Of a DNA stretch of 64,000 nt, positions 46,832 through 56,300 are shown piece by piece. This DNA is from Candidatus Pelearchaeum maunauluense (GTDB taxonomy: Archaea > Thermoproteota > Nitrososphaeria_A > Caldarchaeales > Caldarchaeaceae). The notes beneath the pieces were generated by a model. It was given only the letters and a program-made list of their open reading frames with translations, was not told where the DNA came from and did no database searches. A program made the translations under genes and the position numbers. Position 1 is the stretch's first letter. Each line of letters opens with the position of its first letter. The stretch is from positions 138,822 through 202,821 of the forward strand of contig JANVYQ010000003.1 of NCBI GenBank assembly GCA_030059675.1, given 5' to 3'.

Positions 46832-48670
46832 GTGAGGACTCCGTTATGGCTTGGGGATGACTCTTTAAATCGTGGTCTGGGTGGTTTGGCCGATAGGAGT
46901 GAGAAACGGGCCTTGCAGACGCATGGGGAGGGGCATACGCCTAGGACGTTCATCCGTGAGGTGGTTCTAGAGAACTTCATGTCGCATGAATACTCTAGAA
47001 TCCCGTTTACGCGGGGGCTGAACGTCATAGTAGGCCCAAACGGCGCTGGAAAATCATCAATACTGCTGGGGATTTCCGTAGCGTTGGGGCAGAGCTACAC
47101 GGAGAGGGGTGAGAGGCTCAGCGACCTGGTTAAACGCGGCAGCGAAGCAGCCCGCGTAGCGGTTGTTCTAGACAACACACCAATAAACGGAAAACGCCCA
47201 ATACCCCAATACTCAACAGACACGGTAACTATTACGCGATTCCTAAAGAAGAACGGCGACTACTGGCAATACATAAACAACAGGTTTAAGCCGAAGGCTG
47301 AGGTTGAGCATTTCCTAAGCCAAATAGGAATTAACCCGAACAATATGCTGATAATAATGCACCAGAACATGATTGAACAGTTTGTTGTGCGTGATAGTCG
47401 CGAGAAGCTTTTGCTTATTGAGGAGGCTGTGGGCGCTAGTGGTCTTAGGCAGAGAATTCGCGAGGCTGAGTCTAAGCTCGCAGCGCTGGCTGCTGAGGAG
47501 AAGGTTCTGAAGAAGACGCTGGATGACGCGCGTGCTGCTGTAGAATTCTGGCGTGAGGAGTATGAGAAGCTCACGATACTTAGGCGGCTTAACCAGCGTA
47601 AGGATGAGCTGGAGCGCGAGTATCTATGGGCGTTGGTGAATGAGGCAAAGAAATCACGTGAGCGTGTTGAGTCCACGATTCGGGGAATACAGCAACAATT
47701 GGAGGAGACAGCCCGCGAGGCTGAAGAAACGGACTTGAAGGTTAGGGGGGTTAGGGAGAAGATAACAAGCCTCTTTGATGCAGCGCTCTCAGGCGGCGAA
47801 GACCTACGTGGAAAGCTTGCCGCGCTGCTTGATGAGCTGATAGATAACGCGTCCCTAAGCGGAGCGCTTAGGCAGAAGCTCAAGACAGCTGAGCAGGAGC
47901 TGAAAAGCCTCCGCTATGAGCTGCTCCAGATAGAGAAAGAGCTTCAGGAACGTGTGGAGAATGCTGAGAAACGCGGCCCGCGTGTAGAGACCTCTAGACG
48001 CCATCAAGAAATATACGAGGACATAAAGTCGGTGATGATACAGATAGCTGGGATGGGCAAAGTAACGCCAGAGGCTGAGGATATGTTTCTGCTGGCTGAG
48101 TCCAAGTATCGGGAGACGGAGCTTAAGGCTGGGGAGGTGTCTGAGAACGTGCGACGCGCTCTTGAGGAGGTGGAGTATCGTAAGGAGGTCTGGAGGAGGT
48201 TTCTACGCGAGTTAATAGCTGATGTGGAGCCCCAGTATGATAGCATTCTAAGCAAGGTAGGTGGCCGTGGAAGGATTGAGTTGAAGAATCTTGACGACGT
48301 AGATAGGGCTTCCATAGAGCTGTATGCTGGCTTCAGGGGCGCTGAGCCTACACTTCTGGATGGGCATAGCCAGAGCGGTGGTGAGCGTATAGTCGCTACG
48401 ATGGCTTTCCTACTGGCTCTTCAGCGGCATGTGAAGTCGCCATTCAGGGCTGTGGATGAGTTTGACGTGCATCTAGACCCGCTGAACCGCGAGCGTATAA
48501 TACGTCTCCTCACAGAGACGGCGCGGGAAGATTCGTCGGCACAGTATATCATCATAACGCCTGGAAAGGTCTCCTTCACCGAGGATATGAACGTGGTCAT
48601 AGTGCAGAACGTCTCTGGACGCTCATCGGTAGGCGTTGGTAAGGCTGAGAAGGTGGCTGCCGATGCCTAA
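46832..48670 (+). CDS. Short SMC-family ATPase, SMC5/6-like (coalescin-like)
   Basis: LENFMSH, GPNGAGKSSI, Q-loop MHQN, coiled coils, QSGGER, SPFRAVDEFDVHLD; true start possibly TTG about 46886. Confidence 0.88.
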   Translation: MRTPLWLGDDSLNRGLGGLADRSEKRALQTHGEGHTPRTFIREVVLENFMSHEYSRIPFTRGLNVIVGPNGAGKSSILLGISVALGQSYTERGERLSDLVKRGSEAARVAVVLDNTPINGKRPIPQYSTDTVTITRFLKKNGDYWQYINNRFKPKAEVEHFLSQIGINPNNMLIIMHQNMIEQFVVRDSREKLLLIEEAVGASGLRQRIREAESKLAALAAEEKVLKKTLDDARAAVEFWREEYEKLTILRRLNQRKDELEREYLWALVNEAKKSRERVESTIRGIQQQLEETAREAEETDLKVRGVREKITSLFDAALSGGEDLRGKLAALLDELIDNASLSGALRQKLKTAEQELKSLRYELLQIEKELQERVENAEKRGPRVETSRRHQEIYEDIKSVMIQIAGMGKVTPEAEDMFLLAESKYRETELKAGEVSENVRRALEEVEYRKEVWRRFLRELIADVEPQYDSILSKVGGRGRIELKNLDDVDRASIELYAGFRGAEPTLLDGHSQSGGERIVATMAFLLALQRHVKSPFRAVDEFDVHLDPLNRERIIRLLTETAREDSSAQYIIITPGKVSFTEDMNVVIVQNVSGRSSVGVGKAEKVAADA

Positions 48671-49439
48671 CAAGCAGAGAACAATAACGCGGGAGGAGTT
48701 GCTTAGAATAATACAGCTATGCGAGTCCGTGGAGAAGTCTGGTATAGACCCCTTCACGGTTAATGTTAGGGAGCTGCTTCAGAAGCTGCGCTCAATCTTG
48801 GAATCTTCCAGGGATTTGGAGACCGTAGTGCTGGATGCGGAGACACTCTACAGGGTTGCGTTGGTTATCGCCTTACAGCACCGCTGGCTTCTGGAGAAGG
48901 CCTCAAATCTATTCGTGGATGCCCAGATTATAGCGGCTAGAATACTAGCCGCCGATAAACGCGCTTTGGCGAGCTGTCTAGCTAGGAGCTGGCGGCCTAT
49001 AGTGAGCGGAGAGCAGCTCACGAAGAGGATGTTCATAGCTGGGCTTGAGTATTTCCTCAGCCTGCCGCCCAGGGCTGGGCGTGAGCGGAGGCTACTGCTC
49101 GGAGCTGGCGAGGAGCTTCAGATAGATGAAGAAGGGCTGCTTGACAGGTTTCGTCAGCGTGATGTCCTTGAGAGCGAGATAAGAAACATGCATAGAGAGC
49201 TTCTGGAGAGGCGCGAGGATGATGGCGGGCTGGATTATTGGTCGTTCATCTCGCTTGAGGGCGATGAGCGGCGTGTTGAGAGGGCTTACGTCCTCGCGTT
49301 CATAGTTAGCGAAGGACTGGCGGAGATAAAGAGGAATCCTATAACTGGTGAGGTGCGCATATACCCGTTGGAGAGTAAGATTGAGAGGAGCAACCCGACA
49401 TCTCTGGCTATAGCTGTAAGAGGCAGGGAAGGGATTTGA
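48663..49439 (+). CDS. Kleisin (ScpA/Nse4-like)
   Basis: N-terminal IDPFTVNV (ScpA DPWDIDI-like); C-terminal wH LDYWSFI...VERAYVLAFIVSEG; overlaps the SMC stop. Confidence 0.65.
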   Translation: MPNKQRTITREELLRIIQLCESVEKSGIDPFTVNVRELLQKLRSILESSRDLETVVLDAETLYRVALVIALQHRWLLEKASNLFVDAQIIAARILAADKRALASCLARSWRPIVSGEQLTKRMFIAGLEYFLSLPPRAGRERRLLLGAGEELQIDEEGLLDRFRQRDVLESEIRNMHRELLERREDDGGLDYWSFISLEGDERRVERAYVLAFIVSEGLAEIKRNPITGEVRIYPLESKIERSNPTSLAIAVRGREGI

Positions 49440-50065
49440 GTATGGGTGAGTCTGAGCAGAGCAAGGCTGGCCGTAGGCTCGCCATAGCTACTGCCATGCT
49501 TCTCTTCTCCAGCCACCGCCTCCCTGGGGTTAGGGGCTACGAGCTACGCCGCCGCCTTGGAAAAAACTACCTAAAGATAATAGACACGCTCAACCATAGG
49601 CTTAGCCCACTAGGACTCAGGGTTAAGGTTGTTTTTGAGGGAGACAATGAACAGCCGTCGGAGGAGGATTTTGACAAGGCGCGTTTCTTCATAACACTAA
49701 GCGAGCCTCTATCCCTCTCAGACATAGTTGCCGCTGGCTGGAGGATTGACGACCTAGCAATACTATCAGCAACTCTTGCCTATCTCTTCTCGCGGGGTGG
49801 AAAGGCGCATCAGAACGAGGTTACGGAGCTTCTGGAGGCCAAGTTCCCAAAGTGGCGTATAGAGTCTGCGATGGAGCGCTTCACCAGACGCGGCTACCTA
49901 CACAAAGACGAGGACAACATGATATACATAGGCTGTAGAACATTCGCGGAGGTTGACCAGAAAGAGCTGGTTAAAGCGATAACCGAGATAAGCCCAGAGC
50001 TGGCTGGGACAAACCAAGGCTCTACTGAAACATCTTCTGGAGAGCCTCCTTCTCCCTCTCCATAA
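49436..50065 (+). CDS. Kite subunit (tandem winged helix; Nse1/Nse3/ScpB-like)
   Basis: Two predicted wH domains; C-terminal ERFTRRGYL...IYIGCRTFAE; overlaps the kleisin stop. Confidence 0.6.
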   Translation: MSMGESEQSKAGRRLAIATAMLLFSSHRLPGVRGYELRRRLGKNYLKIIDTLNHRLSPLGLRVKVVFEGDNEQPSEEDFDKARFFITLSEPLSLSDIVAAGWRIDDLAILSATLAYLFSRGGKAHQNEVTELLEAKFPKWRIESAMERFTRRGYLHKDEDNMIYIGCRTFAEVDQKELVKAITEISPELAGTNQGSTETSSGEPPSPSP

Positions 50066-52898
50066 TAAGCTCAACAAGCCTAACCCCAAGTGAGCTCTCT
50101 TTCTCAAGTATCTCCTCTGCGGTTTTCGTGTCTATGTATTTGCTCGCCAGTACGAATGCCGCTGCCTTGCCATATTTCTCCACGAGCTTCGCTGTCTTTA
50201 TCGCTTCGCGCCGTAGTTCCTTCTCTTTCCTGTTTATCGGCTTCCCGCGCCTCGCTACCAGGCCATAAACTTCCTCCTGCTCCGCTTTTAGCGCCCCCAG
50301 CGAACGTGAGCCACAGACCGGGCATGTGGGAGTGTTGCTAATATCCTTAACAGCTAGGCGCTCCAGATACTCAAAACAAGACGTGCATACGAGCGTTAGC
50401 GGCTCGTTGTTAAGCCTCCCCCTAACGGCATTCGCCACCAGCCTGTGTATCCTATCAGAGGATATAACGTCAATATCATATTCATGTCGTTGTAGCGTTA
50501 GCCTGGCTAGTGGGGACGGGCTCTCGGCCAGCCGCGCAGTATGGAGGGAAACCAGACCCTCCTCAATCCTCCTAAGGAGCATTAGGGCAGACTCGCTGTC
50601 AAAGTCTTCAAACAGGGTGTATTTGAGAGCCTCCTCATAAACCGCTGTTCCCTTCAGAGTTTCAACCAGCTTCTCGGCGCTTATGTCCAGTATGCTCGCC
50701 TCTCTGCTTATCACACCCATCTTACGCGCAGCATGAACAAGCCTACGCTTGAAGAGGCTTGATGCCTCCACAGCAGACCTTACATAGCCATGAAAATCTC
50801 CTACGGCTAGCGTGTGGAGTAGCTCTCTAACCATCTCGGCGTTTATATGCCTAGACTTGAAGATTATACGGTAAGCATCTTGCTGCAAGCCTATGGGGGC
50901 GCCTACCCTTCTTGAGAGCTCATAACCCACCACGCGCGCTATCGTCCTATTAACGCGCAAGCCGCCGTGTATATGTAGGATGACGTAGTCGTAGGTCTCC
51001 TCTATCAGGACGCTCCTATCGCTTGGCACGGGTATTCCCATCTTGATATGCTCCCTAACTTCCCGCAGGCTTTTCTCTAGGAGAGCCGTGTCTGTCTTAT
51101 ACTCGCGGGCAAGTTCCTCTAGTATCGTATTCTCATCACCCCTGATGTATGCTTCGGCGTATCTCCTCCTTATCCTGCCCACCTCCTCAGCGACCTCCAG
51201 GGGAACTGGTATCTCATCCCCAACCCATGACGGAACAGCTCCCTCTAGGCTATCCAGCGGCGAGACGTAGATTCTCTCACCAGCAGCGTGGATTATCTCC
51301 CAAGCCTTTCCCATCAGGATGAACCTAGAGCCAGGCTCGCCATGCTCAGCCACGAACTCCTCATCAAGTATCCCAACAGGCTCCCCAGTAGATTCGGAGA
51401 CGACCAGGTATTGCCTCTCCTCTGGAATCATGGAGAGATTCCCAAAATAGTAGTTATACAGCTCGGACTGTTTCGCTGGCCGTGTTATTGTCCTGCTCTC
51501 CGCCTGCCAGCCAGCTATCTCTATACTACTCATGTGTTGAACAACCTTAGTAACGTCCTCCTCACTCAACTCCTCAAAGCAGTATGAGCGTCTGAATATG
51601 CGCAGAACATCATCTACCGTAATGCTTCCCCGCTCTATTAACAGCCCTGCTATCTGATGCATGAGCACGTCGTAGCTGTTTTTAGGAGTCCTCACCTGCT
51701 CTATCTCATCACTGTAGGCGCGGCGCGCTATTACGAGAGCTTCAAGAGCATCATCCGAGTCCATTACTATTACTACACCCCTGGCCAGGCCGCCTATCCT
51801 ATGGCCGCTTCTACCTACGCGCTGGACTAGACGCGTAACCTCGCGCGGCGAGTTATACTGTATGCATAGCTCTATACGTCCAACGTCAATACCCATCTCC
51901 AGAGACGAGGTGCATACTACGCCTATCAGCTTCCCAGTCTTAAGAGCCTGCTCGGCGCCTATCCGTGTTGGCCTAGCTAGAGAGCCGTGGTGGATGCCTA
52001 TTGAAACGTTCTCGTCCCACGCCCTAAACCTGTTGGTGAGAATCTCTGCCAGCGGCCTTGTGTTTGTGAAGATTAGCGTTGATTCATGCTGCTCCACGAG
52101 GCGGCGTATGGTGCTTAGCCTGGCCGCCACGTCGGGCAGTATTGAGAGCTGCTCTGCTAGAGTGTAGTCGCCGCTACTCGGCTCTGGATAAGCTACCTGT
52201 ATTGAGAGGCTTCGCGCAACAGGCACGCGTACAATCTCGCATTTCCTTCCACTACCAACCAAGAAACGCGCCACAATCTCAGGACTCCCCACGGTGGCGG
52301 AGAGGCCTATCCTCTGATAGGGTTTCCCAACAATCTCTTCAAGCCTCTCCAAACCTAACGAGAGCTGCACACCCCGCTTATCTGTCGCAAGCTCATGAAC
52401 TTCATCCACAACCACATATTCAACGAACCGTAGATACTGTCTGAGTATTCTTGCCGTTAGCAGTATCTGGAGCGTCTCTGGAGTTGTTATCAATATGTCT
52501 GGAGGCTGGAGAGTTTGTATCCGCCTCTCTCGCGCGAGTGTGTCGCCGTGTCTTATGGCTACGCTCATGTCAAGCCTGCTAGCCCACCACTCTATCCTAT
52601 CGGAGAGGTCGCGGTTAAGCGCCCTCAGGGGGGTTATGTAGAGAAGCCTGACACCACGCCGCTCGCCGCTCAGCACCATCTTACTCAGCGCAGGCAGGAG
52701 AGCGGCTTCGGTCTTCCCAGTCCCAGTAGGAGCCATGAGCAGCAAGTTATCGCCGCGTAAGATTATGGGTATGCTCTCAATCTGGGGCTCCGTCAATACG
52801 CTAAACTTCTCGCTAAACGCCTCTCTAACAGGCTTAGCCAACATCTCAAGAATCTGCTGGCTCCGCAACCTAGTCCAGTCATCCATAACAGCCACCAA
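50022..52898 (-). CDS. lhr: Lhr-family SF2 helicase
   Basis: APTGTGKT, TPLRALN, TTPETL, DEVH, SAT, QRVGRSGH; C-terminal CxxC/CxxC. Confidence 0.92.
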   Translation of the reverse strand: MVAVMDDWTRLRSQQILEMLAKPVREAFSEKFSVLTEPQIESIPIILRGDNLLLMAPTGTGKTEAALLPALSKMVLSGERRGVRLLYITPLRALNRDLSDRIEWWASRLDMSVAIRHGDTLARERRIQTLQPPDILITTPETLQILLTARILRQYLRFVEYVVVDEVHELATDKRGVQLSLGLERLEEIVGKPYQRIGLSATVGSPEIVARFLVGSGRKCEIVRVPVARSLSIQVAYPEPSSGDYTLAEQLSILPDVAARLSTIRRLVEQHESTLIFTNTRPLAEILTNRFRAWDENVSIGIHHGSLARPTRIGAEQALKTGKLIGVVCTSSLEMGIDVGRIELCIQYNSPREVTRLVQRVGRSGHRIGGLARGVVIVMDSDDALEALVIARRAYSDEIEQVRTPKNSYDVLMHQIAGLLIERGSITVDDVLRIFRRSYCFEELSEEDVTKVVQHMSSIEIAGWQAESRTITRPAKQSELYNYYFGNLSMIPEERQYLVVSESTGEPVGILDEEFVAEHGEPGSRFILMGKAWEIIHAAGERIYVSPLDSLEGAVPSWVGDEIPVPLEVAEEVGRIRRRYAEAYIRGDENTILEELAREYKTDTALLEKSLREVREHIKMGIPVPSDRSVLIEETYDYVILHIHGGLRVNRTIARVVGYELSRRVGAPIGLQQDAYRIIFKSRHINAEMVRELLHTLAVGDFHGYVRSAVEASSLFKRRLVHAARKMGVISREASILDISAEKLVETLKGTAVYEEALKYTLFEDFDSESALMLLRRIEEGLVSLHTARLAESPSPLARLTLQRHEYDIDVISSDRIHRLVANAVRGRLNNEPLTLVCTSCFEYLERLAVKDISNTPTCPVCGSRSLGALKAEQEEVYGLVARRGKPINRKEKELRREAIKTAKLVEKYGKAAAFVLASKYIDTKTAEEILEKESSLGVRLVELIMEREKEALQKMFQ

Positions 52899-52909
52899 CT
52901 ACGGCGCAG

Positions 52910-53389
52910 CTAACTCTCAATCTCCTCCAACTTCCTTCCACACATAGGGCAGTATATCGCCTCGCTTGGAGCAACACTCCCGCATTCTGGGCAGCTCTTC
53001 TGCTGAGGCACCTCCTCGGCACTGATTTCTTCTTGCTGAACAGCTTTAGGGCGGAGTAGAAACCCACCACCCGCGGCTATGACAACGGTGAGCGCGGATA
53101 ACATTATCCTAAAAACCACTATATCCTGCTGCGCGAGTGGGTTCCATAGCAATAATCCCTGCGTGAACGCTATCCCATGCCCCGCGAGTGAGCCTATTCC
53201 CGCCCCCACCGCCGCGGCCAGGGACTCGCGCACCAGCACGCCAGCTACGATGCCAGCTAGCGCGGTGGAGAGCAGGGCTAGCGCGGGGTTTTGGCCCGAT
53301 AATCCCTCAGCGTAGGAAAGCGTCGCTACTATGGCTAGTGAGGCCAAAGCCGCTGCCACCAGCCTAGCAGACCGTCGCATCCAGCTCAC
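52910..53389 (-). CDS. Membrane protein with C-terminal zinc ribbon
   Basis: About 4 TM segments then CPECG...YCPMCG. Confidence 0.75.
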   Translation of the reverse strand: MSWMRRSARLVAAALASLAIVATLSYAEGLSGQNPALALLSTALAGIVAGVLVRESLAAAVGAGIGSLAGHGIAFTQGLLLWNPLAQQDIVVFRIMLSALTVVIAAGGGFLLRPKAVQQEEISAEEVPQQKSCPECGSVAPSEAIYCPMCGRKLEEIES

Positions 53390-53470
53390 GCACCTTCCAG
53401 ACAGCGAAATCCTAAGCTCAGCTTAAAAATATTGTTAAAGGCTCTAAGAAAAGCCCTACAACCGTATTGA

Positions 53471-54676
53471 CTACGAAATTTCCATACCAAATGCTTGTTT
53501 CATCATCTGCCGCATTATGACCAGTCGCTGAATATCGTTAGTCCCCTCGTATGTCTTGAATATCTGGACATCCCTGAGGAATCTCTCCACCATTCCCTCC
53601 ACCGCCACCCCCATGCCCCCATGAACAGTTATCGCCTTCAGCGCCGCTTTCTCCGCCGCTTCTGTGGCGAAGAGCTTGGCCATAGAGGCTGCGAAGACGG
53701 CTTCTGGTCTCTCACGCGTGGCCAGGTGAGACGCCCAGTAAAGCATGAGCCTAGCAGCCTCAAGGTATGTTAGCATCTCGCTGATATGAAACTGCACGGC
53801 CTGGAAGCCTAGTAGAGGCCTTTCAAACGCGCGTCTCTGCATAGTGTATTGGAGGCTCTTCTCAAATGCTGCCTGGGCTACACCAACAGCCTGCGCAGCG
53901 ACACCAAGCCTACCATGGTCGTATGTCTCCATAGCTATCTTAAAGCCCATCCCCTCCTCACCCACGCGATTCTCATCAGGCACGTAGACGTTGTCTAGTA
54001 TGACTTCGCATGGATGGCTTCCGCGTATTCCGATGACCTCTATCTTCTCGCCAACCCTAAAGCCCTCAGTACCACGCTCTACTATGAAGAACGTAAGCCC
54101 TTTCCAACGCTCCTTCTTACTTGGGGGAGGAGAAGTCCTAGCGAGGACTAGGAAGTAGTCAGCCTTATCCGCGCCTGATATGAAGTATTTACGCCCATTT
54201 ATCACCCATCCACCATTTTTCTCCTTTGCGGTTGTCTCAATAGCAGCTACATCGCTACCAGCCCCAGGCTCCGTTGTAGCGTGAGCGGCGTGCTTCTCGC
54301 CACGCGCTAGGAGTGTGAGGTACTTACGACGTTGCTCCTCAGTTCCGAACTTAAGAACTGGAAACGTGAAGAGCGAATGGACAAGCGTGGCAACGGTGAA
54401 CGCTGGGCATATGCGCGAGACCTCCTCCACGTATATGCTGTTGTATATCAGGTCTGTTCCTTGGCCGCCGTATTCCTCTGGTATTCCAAGCCCGAAATAC
54501 CCAAGCTCAGCGGCCTTCTTCAGGAGCTGTTGCGGAATCTGGTTAGTCCGCTCTATCTCCCTCAAATGCGGCTCCAACTCCCGCTCGGCAAACTCCCTAA
54601 CAGTTTTACGGAAAAGCTCATGCTCAGACTTCAGCTCAACCCTGAAGTCCTCAATACTGCTAAACGGAAAGACCAA
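53471..54676 (-). CDS. Acyl-CoA dehydrogenase
   Basis: IPEEYGG, TEPGAGSD, NGRKYFISG, HGGMG, YEGT. Confidence 0.95.
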   Translation of the reverse strand: MVFPFSSIEDFRVELKSEHELFRKTVREFAERELEPHLREIERTNQIPQQLLKKAAELGYFGLGIPEEYGGQGTDLIYNSIYVEEVSRICPAFTVATLVHSLFTFPVLKFGTEEQRRKYLTLLARGEKHAAHATTEPGAGSDVAAIETTAKEKNGGWVINGRKYFISGADKADYFLVLARTSPPPSKKERWKGLTFFIVERGTEGFRVGEKIEVIGIRGSHPCEVILDNVYVPDENRVGEEGMGFKIAMETYDHGRLGVAAQAVGVAQAAFEKSLQYTMQRRAFERPLLGFQAVQFHISEMLTYLEAARLMLYWASHLATRERPEAVFAASMAKLFATEAAEKAALKAITVHGGMGVAVEGMVERFLRDVQIFKTYEGTNDIQRLVIMRQMMKQAFGMEIS

Positions 54677-54712
54677 CTATACACACCTCAACCACATTTT
54701 GCTACGCTCCTA

Positions 54713-55336
54713 TTAATAAGCGCTGAGAAGAGACCACGCCCTACTCTTTCCCAATATTTTCTCCAAAAGATGAATATCCCCTGGCGTATCTATGTCAAGA
54801 GCAGTGCCAAGCGAAATGTATGTTTTAATGGTTTTTCCACGCGAGTTAAAGGCGTGTAGATGCGCGTTGAAGCTCTCGCGGCCGTACATGAATCTAAGCC
54901 CATCAAACACACCTTTAAGGGCTATTATGTTAGTCCCCAAGAGATGCAAGTCTGGAGATATTACTACATCGCAGTGATCAAGGACGCGCATTATGGTAGA
55001 GATATCAGAGCTACTAAGTAGGGGCAGGTCTGAGAAGACGATGGATATTCTAGTCTCGGCGTCGGGGCCAAGCTGTCTAACAGCCTCTTCTACTGACTCA
55101 TTAAGAGACTCTGCCCGCTCAATCATTGTTTTACACTTTCTTCTACGGCATATAGCTAGAACACGCCTATCGCTGGAGAGTACGACGCATTCCAACCCAG
55201 CTCCCTTACATGCTTTGATGACATTACTAAGCATGCTAAGCACTATGCGCCGCCGTTTGGTGGGAGAGAGAACTTTACTTAGTCTGGTCTTGCCGAGCTC
55301 TAGGTTTTTCATGGGTATGAGCGCTATTCTCCGCAT
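54713..55336 (-). CDS. cofC: F420 pathway guanylyltransferase CofC/FbiD
   Basis: IPMK...GKTRLS, DLPLL, GTN, YG..SF..H, LDIDTP.D. Confidence 0.9.
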   Translation of the reverse strand: MRRIALIPMKNLELGKTRLSKVLSPTKRRRIVLSMLSNVIKACKGAGLECVVLSSDRRVLAICRRRKCKTMIERAESLNESVEEAVRQLGPDAETRISIVFSDLPLLSSSDISTIMRVLDHCDVVISPDLHLLGTNIIALKGVFDGLRFMYGRESFNAHLHAFNSRGKTIKTYISLGTALDIDTPGDIHLLEKILGKSRAWSLLSAY

Positions 55337-55337
55337 T

Positions 55338-56300
55338 TCACAGTCCCAGAAGCTCCAAACAGGTCTTCGCCAGCCTCTTCTTATCCTCAAGAGACCTCAT
55401 CAAGGTATTGGTTATGTGCACCTCAACGCCCATGCTCTGGACTTTTTCACGAAGTTCCGCATCTTGTTCATCCATCACGTATATGTCTAGGAAGTCTTTG
55501 TAAAGCTTGGCAACGCCCGCGGCTGAGACTTCAATCCCAAGTCCACGCATCATCTTGTCTGCTGGCCCCTTGACGGTAGCGCCGCCTATTATGGGGCTTA
55601 CTGCAAGGACTTTTCCAGGAGTTTTGCGTAGAGCTTCTCTAACTCCAGGAACGGCGAGTATTGTGCCTATACTCACGATGGGGTTGCTCGGACATATTAT
55701 CACGCCCTCCGCGCCGATTATAGAGTCTATGACTCCTGGGGCTGGCCTAGCTCTATCAGCACCAACATAAACAACATCCAAGACCTCATCTCTGGCTTCA
55801 CGTTCAACAAAGTAGCGTTGAAATGGAAGCAAGCCTGTCGGCGTCTTTATATGCGTCTTTACAGGGTCGTCGCTCATGGGTATGATCTTGTGCCTCGCAC
55901 CCAGCTTAGCGGCTATCTCTGCGGTTACCTGGCTTAGCGTAGCCCCATCTCTAAGCTTCCAAGTCCTGTAGATGTGTATAGCCATATCGCGGTCTCCAAG
56001 CTTAAACCACGTCTCGCACCCAAGCTTTTCAAGCATATCAAGGCACGCGAAGGTATCGCCACGAATTCCCCACCCACGCTCAGGCTCAACAATCCCAGCC
56101 AACGTGTAAGTTATGATATCTATGTCTGGGGAGATGTGGAGACCGAAAAACTCCTCATCATCTCCCGTATTAACTACTACGGTAAGCTCCTGATCATGTT
56201 CTTCTACTATTTTGTCAAGCCCCTCCAAAAGGCGTGCAGCCCCCACTCCTCCAGCCAGGCATGTTATCAAATCTTCCCACCCCAAGTATTGAGGAAACAT
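55338..56300 (-). CDS. cofD: 2-phospho-L-lactate transferase CofD/FbiA
   Basis: LAGGVGAA, VNTGDD, SPDID, LGDRD, PSNP..SI, VKGPA. Confidence 0.95.
   Translation of the reverse strand: MFPQYLGWEDLITCLAGGVGAARLLEGLDKIVEEHDQELTVVVNTGDDEEFFGLHISPDIDIITYTLAGIVEPERGWGIRGDTFACLDMLEKLGCETWFKLGDRDMAIHIYRTWKLRDGATLSQVTAEIAAKLGARHKIIPMSDDPVKTHIKTPTGLLPFQRYFVEREARDEVLDVVYVGADRARPAPGVIDSIIGAEGVIICPSNPIVSIGTILAVPGVREALRKTPGKVLAVSPIIGGATVKGPADKMMRGLGIEVSAAGVAKLYKDFLDIYVMDEQDAELREKVQSMGVEVHITNTLMRSLEDKKRLAKTCLELLGL

Noticed and set aside
46832-50065. Wadjet/MksBEFG or Rad50-Mre11 interpretation of the SMC operon
   Set aside because: No TOPRIM nuclease or Mre11 phosphoesterase adjacent, no zinc hook, and the head motifs are SMC5/6-like
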